NCBI GenBank assembly: GCA_041891055.1
Contig: CP169074.1
Location: forward strand, 1-64,000
DNA: 64,000 nucleotides
Origin: Halorutilales archaeon Cl-col2-1
GTDB taxonomy: Archaea; Halobacteriota; Halobacteria; Halobacteriales; Afararchaeaceae
Direction: 5' to 3'
Below the pieces are notes generated by a model. The model saw nothing but the letters and a program-made list of their open reading frames with translations, was not told where the DNA came from and did not search any database. Every line of letters starts with the position of its first letter. Positions within the stretch are counted from its first letter, which is position 1. The position numbers and the translations under genes are program-made. Below are positions 57,580 through 64,000 of the stretch, piece by piece.

Positions 57580-58676
57580 ATCTTAATCTCCTCACAGACG
57601 CGACGGAAGACTTCTTTTTCGGCTTCGTTCTCATTCTCGTTCTCGTTGTACGCCTCGATCTGACGCTGTGCCCCCGACTCCTCTATGAGACTCTCGGCGA
57701 GACTTAGTTTCTGACCCTCAAGACTCCCGACCACGTCATCGAAGAGGTCTTCGAGTTCGACTACTCCGGTCTCCCCTTCCCCCGTACGCAGGAAAGAGGC
57801 GTCGTGTCCGTGTCTCAGGGCGCGCCACTTGTTCTCATCGAGTATCTCACGTCTGACGTCGGTGTGACCGCCTCTGTCGCAGTCCGAGTACAGATCGAGG
57901 ACGAGTGCACGTGTCAGAGCCACGAACCCGACGACCCTCTCGATACTCGTCTGTGAGTCGGGCGAACGTATCTCGACTGTGCCGTACCTCGTGTTGGGAC
58001 GCACGTCCCACCAGATCTCTCCTCTGTCCTTTATCGATCCTTCCTCGACCATCCTCTTCTCGAACGACCTGAAGTCGCGCCACGAGTCGAATGCGGTCGG
58101 CATCCCCGTGTTAGGCAGGTTCTCGAAGACGACCGCCCTCGCACTTCTCAGACCCGTCTCGTATCCCTGCCAGAAAGGAGAGTTGGCTCCGAGAGCGAGA
58201 TACATCGGAAGGTAACGTCTGATCTCGTTGGCTATACAGACCGCGGTGTCGGCGTCGTCTACGCCTATGTGGACGTGGAGACCCGCCGTCGTGTTCCTGT
58301 GCTGAGGATAGCCTATACGTTCGAGCTGTTTGGTGTAACGCGGCTTCTGTATCTGTTCGTTCTCGATCCATCTCGCCGAGGGATGGAGACCCGCCGCGAG
58401 AACCTCGTAGCCGTAAGACCGGACGTACGACTTGAGAGCCTCCCTCTTCTCGGCGACCTGGTCACGTGCGTCTCCGACGGAGGTCGCCGTGTCGGTCGTG
58501 GTTTCGAGGACGAACTTGAATAGCTCGGTGTCAAGATGATCCTGAAGCTCGCGTGGAGGGTCTTCTAGAAGACTGTCGGAGGCTGGCACGGGCTGAAGAG
58601 TCTCGGAGTCGACGACGTAGAACTCCTCCTCGACCCCTATCGTGCCTAACGTGTCGAACCTTTCCCTCTCTTTCAT
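57576..58676 (-). CDS. Glutamate--cysteine ligase (GCS2 family)
   Basis: [51 protein letters not shown]. Confidence 0.92.
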   Translation of the reverse strand: MKERERFDTLGTIGVEEEFYVVDSETLQPVPASDSLLEDPPRELQDHLDTELFKFVLETTTDTATSVGDARDQVAEKREALKSYVRSYGYEVLAAGLHPSARWIENEQIQKPRYTKQLERIGYPQHRNTTAGLHVHIGVDDADTAVCIANEIRRYLPMYLALGANSPFWQGYETGLRSARAVVFENLPNTGMPTAFDSWRDFRSFEKRMVEEGSIKDRGEIWWDVRPNTRYGTVEIRSPDSQTSIERVVGFVALTRALVLDLYSDCDRGGHTDVRREILDENKWRALRHGHDASFLRTGEGETGVVELEDLFDDVVGSLEGQKLSLAESLIEESGAQRQIEAYNENENENEAEKEVFRRVCEEIKI

Positions 58677-58746
58677 CCGACTCTCGCCTCTGTGTACTTG
58701 TGATTGGAAAACCAGATATAAAAGTGAATCTAACTAAACTGAGTCT

Positions 58747-59511
58747 CTACGCCGCGGCTTCCTCACGTATCCAGTCGTAGCCCTCGTCCTCGAGCTTCTC
58801 GGCGAGCTCGTGTCCTCCCTTCTTAGCCACCTCTCCGTCGAGCATCACGGCGACGCGGTCGGGCTCGACGTAGTCGAGTATTCTCTGGTAATGCGTGATG
58901 AGGAGAGTACCCATCGAGTCGTCACCCTGTGTGAGCTCGTTTATGCCCTCGGCGACTATCTTGAGTGCGTCTATGTCGAGACCCGAGTCGACCTCGTCTA
59001 TGAGGGATATCTCGGGGTTGAGAACCGCCATCTGGAGGACTTCCATTCTCTTCTTCTCTCCTCCTGAGAATCCCTCGTTGATCGACCTGTTCATGAAGTC
59101 GGAGTCGATGTCGAGTATCTCCATCTTCTCCTCGAGCATCTCCTGGAACTCCGCAGGTCCTATTTCGTCTTCCTCGTCCCTACCGGCGTTCACCGCGGTA
59201 CGAAGGAAGTTACTCACCGTCACACCCGTGATCTCCTTGGGGTACTGGAAGGCGAGGAAGAGACCGAGATTTGCCCTCTCGTCGGTCTCCATCTCAAGTA
59301 TGTTCTCGCCCTGGAGGTACGCCTCTCCCTCGGTGACCTCGTAAGCCGGATGTCCCATTAGTACCTTCGCGAGAGTCGACTTTCCGCTTCCGTTGGGACC
59401 CATCATGGCGACGACCTCACCCTTCTCTATCGTGATGTCGACTCCGTTGAGTATCTTTTCTCCGTCAGCCTCTACGTGTAAGTTGTTTACTTCAAGTTGT
59501 GTCTGTGTCAT
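58747..59511 (-). CDS. sufC: Fe-S assembly ATPase SufC
   Basis: GPNGSGKST, FLAFQYP, NEGFSGGEKKR, DEVDSGLDID, ITHYQRIL. Confidence 0.96.
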   Translation of the reverse strand: MTQTQLEVNNLHVEADGEKILNGVDITIEKGEVVAMMGPNGSGKSTLAKVLMGHPAYEVTEGEAYLQGENILEMETDERANLGLFLAFQYPKEITGVTVSNFLRTAVNAGRDEEDEIGPAEFQEMLEEKMEILDIDSDFMNRSINEGFSGGEKKRMEVLQMAVLNPEISLIDEVDSGLDIDALKIVAEGINELTQGDDSMGTLLITHYQRILDYVEPDRVAVMLDGEVAKKGGHELAEKLEDEGYDWIREEAAA

Positions 59512-59556
59512 TGTTGATCTTATCTTGTCTTAACTTAAGCTACCTGTCTAACTATG

Positions 59557-59940
59557 CTATGCCTCTGCCTCGTACTCTGCTACGCCGCCTTCGAGAACCT
59601 TGAGACCTAAGACCGCACATTTCACCCTCATCGGGTTGAGATCTATGCCGAGCATATCCATTATGTAGTCGCGGTCGAGGTCTTTGACCTCTTCGAGAGT
59701 CATTCCCTTGATCTCGTCAGTGAGCATCGACGCGCTCGCCTGGCTGATCGCACAGCCCTCCCCCTCGAACTTCGCGTCTACTATCTCGCCGTCCTCGTCT
59801 AGCTCGACGTAGACGTCTATCTCGTCGCCACACGACGGGTTGACGTCATCGTACTCTATGTCGGGGTTCTCGATCTCGCCGTAGTTGTGGGGATTCCTGT
59901 AATGGTCGAGTATGTTCTGCTTGTACATGTCGCGGCTCAT
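59557..59940 (-). CDS. sufU: SufU/IscU-type scaffold or sulfur-transfer protein
   Basis: ILDHYRNPHNYG, NPSCGD, GCAISQAS, RVKCA. Confidence 0.88.
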   Translation of the reverse strand: MSRDMYKQNILDHYRNPHNYGEIENPDIEYDDVNPSCGDEIDVYVELDEDGEIVDAKFEGEGCAISQASASMLTDEIKGMTLEEVKDLDRDYIMDMLGIDLNPMRVKCAVLGLKVLEGGVAEYEAEA

Positions 59941-61187
59941 GCTCCGAACACCTCCTTGACGTCTTCGAGTGACTCTACGAATCTGTCCGCCTCCTCACGT
60001 GTGTTGTAGAGGTAGAACGACGCACGTGCTGTCGCCGCTACATCTAACTGATCCATAACGGGCTGTACGCAGTGGTGTCCCGCTCTGACGGCGACTCCCG
60101 AGTCGTTGAGTATGTCGCTCGTGTCGTGAGCGTGTGCGCCCTCGACGTTGAACGAGACGACCCCTCCTCTCTCCTCGTAGTCGGAAGACGGACCGTATAC
60201 CTCGACACCGTCGACCTCTTCGAGTCTTTCGACCGTGTACTCCGCGAGCATCTTCTCGTGTTCGTGTATGTTCTCCATGCCTATATCTTCGAGGTACTCT
60301 ACGGCTCTCCCGAGACCTATCCCCTCGGCGACGTTCGGGGTTCCCGCCTCGAACTTCCACGGAATCTCCGCCCACGTCGCCTCCTCACGTGTGACCTTCT
60401 TTATCATCTCTCCGCCGTACTCGAACGGCGATGTCTCTTCGAGGACTTCCTTCGAGCCGTATAGGACTCCGCTTCCCGTCGGTCCACACATCTTGTGTCC
60501 GCTGAAGGCGAGGAAGTCACAGCCTATCTCTCCGACGTCTACGGGCATATGAGGAACGCTCTGGGCGGCGTCTACGAGACACCGTGCGCCGACTTCGTGG
60601 GCGCGGTCACAGATCTCCTCTACCGGCGTGACCGTGCCGAAGACATTCGACATATGTATCACCGAGACCATTGCTGCGTCCTCGGTGATCTTCGTCTCTA
60701 TCTCGCCTTCCTCTATGAATCCGTGGTCGTCGGTTTCGAGAAAGACGAGGTCTGCGCCCGTGCGTTTAGCGATCTGCTGCCACGGGAGGAGACCCGAGTG
60801 GTGTTCCATCCCCGTGAGGACGACCTCGTCGCCCTCGCCGAGGTTATCGAGACCCCAGCCGTATGCTACTGTGTTGATCGCCTCCGTCGTGTTCGAGGTG
60901 AAGACGATTTCGTCGCTCGACGCGCCTATGAAGTCTGCGACCTTGTCGTGAGCCGTCTCGTAGGCTATGCTAGCCTCCTGGCTCATCTCGTGGAGACCCC
61001 TGTGTACGTTGGCGTTGTACCTCTCGTAGTACTCGTTCATCGCGTCGACGACCTGAGTCGGGGTCTGTGAGGTCGCTGCGTTGTCGAGGTAGACGAGTCT
61101 CTCCCCGTTGACCTCACGTCCGAGTGCGGGGAAGTCTCTCCGTACCTCCTCGACGTCTATCGGGCTAGGGCACTCCTCGGCAGTCAT
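59937..61187 (-). CDS. sufS: Cysteine desulfurase SufS
   Basis: YLDNAATSQ, ANVHRG, EHH, DAAQS, SGHKM, RAGHHC. Confidence 0.95.
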   Translation of the reverse strand: MTAEECPSPIDVEEVRRDFPALGREVNGERLVYLDNAATSQTPTQVVDAMNEYYERYNANVHRGLHEMSQEASIAYETAHDKVADFIGASSDEIVFTSNTTEAINTVAYGWGLDNLGEGDEVVLTGMEHHSGLLPWQQIAKRTGADLVFLETDDHGFIEEGEIETKITEDAAMVSVIHMSNVFGTVTPVEEICDRAHEVGARCLVDAAQSVPHMPVDVGEIGCDFLAFSGHKMCGPTGSGVLYGSKEVLEETSPFEYGGEMIKKVTREEATWAEIPWKFEAGTPNVAEGIGLGRAVEYLEDIGMENIHEHEKMLAEYTVERLEEVDGVEVYGPSSDYEERGGVVSFNVEGAHAHDTSDILNDSGVAVRAGHHCVQPVMDQLDVAATARASFYLYNTREEADRFVESLEDVKEVFGA

Positions 61188-61192
61188 CTCTA

Positions 61193-62410
61193 TTATATTT
61201 CCATCTTACGTTCGACTATCTCGCGGCAGTCGTCCTCTAACTCCTCGAGAGGGAGCTCTCCGAAGACGGGCTCGAAGAATCCCTCAACTATTCTGCGTCT
61301 CACCGTCTCCTCGTCGAGACCCCGCGACCTCATGTAGAACATCTCCTCGTCGTCTATCCTACCGACTGTTGCGGCGTGAGAGCATTTGACGTCGTTGTTG
61401 TCGATCTCGAGACGCGGCGACGCGTCAGCCTCCGCCTTGTCACTCACGAGTAGGACGTTCTCTGTCTGGTAGGCGTCGACGTTGTAAGCGGGCTCGGAGA
61501 CCTCTATGGTGCCCTCGTAGGCACCCACCGCCTCGTCGTCTAAGACTCCTCTCGTGAACATGTCACAGACGGAGTTGGGAGCGTCGTGGCGTGTACGTGT
61601 CTCTACGTCGAAGTGCTGGTCTCCCGTTCCGAAGAAGAGACCCAGGTTCTCGGTGTCGGCTCCCTCTCCCTCTATCACCGTGCTCACGGTCGACTTCGTG
61701 AGAGCGGTTCCGAAACAGCCGTCTATCCAGTTGACACTCGCGTCTCTTCCCGCTGTCCCTCTCTTGACCGTGTACTGGTACGAGTCCTCGGAGAGATCCT
61801 GTACGGCTCCGTAGTTGACCTCGGCTCCGTCTCCTGCGTGTACTTCGACAATGTTCGAGAAGTACGACTCGTCTCCTCCCTCGATACTCTCGGAGACGTT
61901 GACCTTGGCGTTATCCTCGACGACGACGAGTGTGTGACTGAACTGTACCGTGTCGTCCACGACGGTCTGGGTCGAGAGAATCTCGTCGACCTCGACGCCC
62001 TCGGGAACGTAGACGAAGACACCGTCGGTAACTGCGGCGGCGTGTATAGCAGTGAAACGGTTGTCGTCCCATCTCACAGCCTTGTTCATCAGGTTCTCAC
62101 GTACGAGATCCTCGTGTTCTTCGAGTGCTGTCTCGAAGTCGGTGAGGACGACTCCCTCGGGCAGATCGGCTTCGTTAGTCTCGATCTGCCTCTGGGTCGT
62201 ACCCTCTCCCTTAGCGAGCGACCTCGCTGTTAGCTCTCCTAAGTCGGTCCAGACCTTTCCGGGTGTGGTTATGACCTTCGGGAACGGGAGGTCTTCGTAC
62301 GACTCCCATGCTTCGAGTCTTCTGTTCGTGAGCCAGTCGGGCTCGTCTCTCGACTCGGAGACCTCAAGTACGTGGTCTCGGTCGAGCTTCTGTTGGGGTT
62401 CTGCGCTCAT
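61193..62410 (-). CDS. sufD: Fe-S assembly protein SufD
   Basis: PRLEIDNNDVKCSHAATVG, FYMRSRG; SufBD beta-helix. Confidence 0.92.
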   Translation of the reverse strand: MSAEPQQKLDRDHVLEVSESRDEPDWLTNRRLEAWESYEDLPFPKVITTPGKVWTDLGELTARSLAKGEGTTQRQIETNEADLPEGVVLTDFETALEEHEDLVRENLMNKAVRWDDNRFTAIHAAAVTDGVFVYVPEGVEVDEILSTQTVVDDTVQFSHTLVVVEDNAKVNVSESIEGGDESYFSNIVEVHAGDGAEVNYGAVQDLSEDSYQYTVKRGTAGRDASVNWIDGCFGTALTKSTVSTVIEGEGADTENLGLFFGTGDQHFDVETRTRHDAPNSVCDMFTRGVLDDEAVGAYEGTIEVSEPAYNVDAYQTENVLLVSDKAEADASPRLEIDNNDVKCSHAATVGRIDDEEMFYMRSRGLDEETVRRRIVEGFFEPVFGELPLEELEDDCREIVERKMEI

Positions 62411-62461
62411 TGTCTTTGTCTTGTGGTGTGGTTACGTCGTTTTAAAATACAACTGTTGTTT

Positions 62462-63874
62462 CTATCCGAGTGATCCTTCCATCTCGAGCTCTATGAGACG
62501 GTTTAGCTCGACGGCGTACTCAAGAGGTAGCTCGTCGGTTATGGGCTCTATGAAGCCCGAGACGACCATCTGCATAGCCTCGTCGTCCTCTATTCCGCGT
62601 GACTGGAGGTAGAATATGTCCTCGTCTCCTATGCTTCCGACAGTCGCCTCGTGTGCCATGTCGACGTCCGACTCGTTGATCTCCTCGTAAGGCATCGTGT
62701 CGCTCACCGACTCGTCGTCGAGCATCAGTGCGTCACAGTCGACGCTCGATTTGACGCCCTTCGCTCCCTCGGAGACACGTACGAGTCCTCTGTAGTTCGT
62801 CCTTCCGCCGTCCATCGATATCGACTTCGACTCTATCGTCGACGACGTGTCGGGCGCGAGGTGTGAGACCTTAGCTCCCGTGTCTATGTCCTGACCCTCT
62901 CCCGCGAAAGCGACCGAGATCTGACGCGCGTTGGCGTTTCTTCCCTTGAGAACCGACATCGGGTAGAGCATCGTCGTCTTCGATCCCATCGATCCCGATA
63001 TCCACTCCATCGTTCCGTTCTCCTCGACGAGTGCGCGTTTCGTGTTGAGGTTGTAGGTGTTCTTGCTCCAGTTCTGAACTGTCGAGTACTTGACACGTGC
63101 GTTCTCGTCGACGAAGACCTCGACACATCCCGCGTGGAGGTTGTGGCTGGTGTACTGGGGAGCCGAACATCCCTCTATGTAATGAACTTCAGCACCTTCC
63201 TCGGCGATTATGAGGGTGTGCTCGAACTGTCCCATTCCCTCGGTGTTCATACGGAAGTACGCCTGTATAGGCATCTCGACAGTGACTCCTTCGGGGACAT
63301 AGACGAACGACCCACCCGAGTGTACCGCGCCGTGTAGAGCGGCGAACTTGTTGTCGCTCGGGGGGACTGCCTGTGTCATGAAGTACTCCTTCACGAGATC
63401 CTCGTGCTCCTGTATCGCTGTGTCTATGTCGGTGAAGACGACTCCCTTCGACTCCCACTGCTCCTTCATGTTCTGGTAGACGACCTCCGACTCGTACTGG
63501 GCACCGACTCCGCCGAGTGCCTTCTGTTCCGCCTCGGGGATACCGAGCTTGTCGAAGGTGTCCTTTATGTCGTCGGGAACCTCGTCCCAGTCCTGCTCCG
63601 ATTCCGACTCGTCAGCGCGGAGGTAGGTCACTATCTCGTCTATCTTGAGATCCGACAGGTCGGGACCCCAGTCGGGCATCGGCATCTCCTTGAAATGCTC
63701 GAGAGCGTTGAGACGTCTCTCGAGCATCCAGTCGGGCTCGCCTTTCTCCTCTGAGATCTCACGTATTATCTCCTCCGAGAGACCCTTCTCACTCTTGTAC
63801 TCCGACCTCTCGGGGTTGCGGTGGTCGAACCTCTCCCTCTGGGCTTTTTCTAACTCTCTTGTGTCTGAGCTCAT
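62462..63874 (-). CDS. sufB: Fe-S assembly protein SufB
   Basis: KLGIPEAE, GGVGAQYESE, GQFEHTL, YIEGCSAP, YSTVQNWS, HEATVG, LPLEYAVELNRLI. Confidence 0.97.
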   Translation of the reverse strand: MSSDTRELEKAQRERFDHRNPERSEYKSEKGLSEEIIREISEEKGEPDWMLERRLNALEHFKEMPMPDWGPDLSDLKIDEIVTYLRADESESEQDWDEVPDDIKDTFDKLGIPEAEQKALGGVGAQYESEVVYQNMKEQWESKGVVFTDIDTAIQEHEDLVKEYFMTQAVPPSDNKFAALHGAVHSGGSFVYVPEGVTVEMPIQAYFRMNTEGMGQFEHTLIIAEEGAEVHYIEGCSAPQYTSHNLHAGCVEVFVDENARVKYSTVQNWSKNTYNLNTKRALVEENGTMEWISGSMGSKTTMLYPMSVLKGRNANARQISVAFAGEGQDIDTGAKVSHLAPDTSSTIESKSISMDGGRTNYRGLVRVSEGAKGVKSSVDCDALMLDDESVSDTMPYEEINESDVDMAHEATVGSIGDEDIFYLQSRGIEDDEAMQMVVSGFIEPITDELPLEYAVELNRLIELEMEGSLG

Positions 63875-64000
63875 GTTATCACTTGTAAGTATAAGGACTT
63901 ACCATTTTGAAAGTAGTCTGTCTTCCGCTTAAGTCTTACGTGTTGGGGACTGTCTAAAGTGTTTTCTCTTTGCCGCAGCCCGGAGACACAGCTAATAATA

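Overview
Chromosomal segment of an extremely halophilic archaeon (Halobacteria-like: strongly acidic proteins, archaeal eL43-rpoP-pcc1-pfdB cluster, EF-2, archaeal MAT, archease-RtcB, TbsP-glyA). Most of it is housekeeping: EF-2, queD, pyrG/guaB-type GMP synthase, thiI, mat, RecJ-like, glyA, a sufB-D-S-U-C operon, tRNA-Arg(CCT) and tRNA-Gly(TCC). Accessory content includes two convergent VapBC pairs, a molybdopterin oxidoreductase with a ferredoxin-NrfD fusion partner, orphan cheF/cheC, a six-gene MoxR/vWA/DUF58 operon whose ATPase carries a 602-aa intein, and an Lrp + beta-CA-like + DabBA inorganic-carbon uptake module. The most striking signal is a two-tier mobile-DNA system. Tier one is two transposase-less IS200/IS605-type elements: one appears to split the cheF TATA box, the other cleanly interrupts a 53-aa RHH-like gene. 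Tier two is a family of about ten 48-56 bp double-hairpin mini-elements conserved in structure, not in sequence. These pile up, nested and in tandem, inside the IS ends, and have also inserted in frame into mat (+18 codons) and probably pcc1 (+16 codons). All calls come from reading the sequence by eye; no database searches or computations were run.
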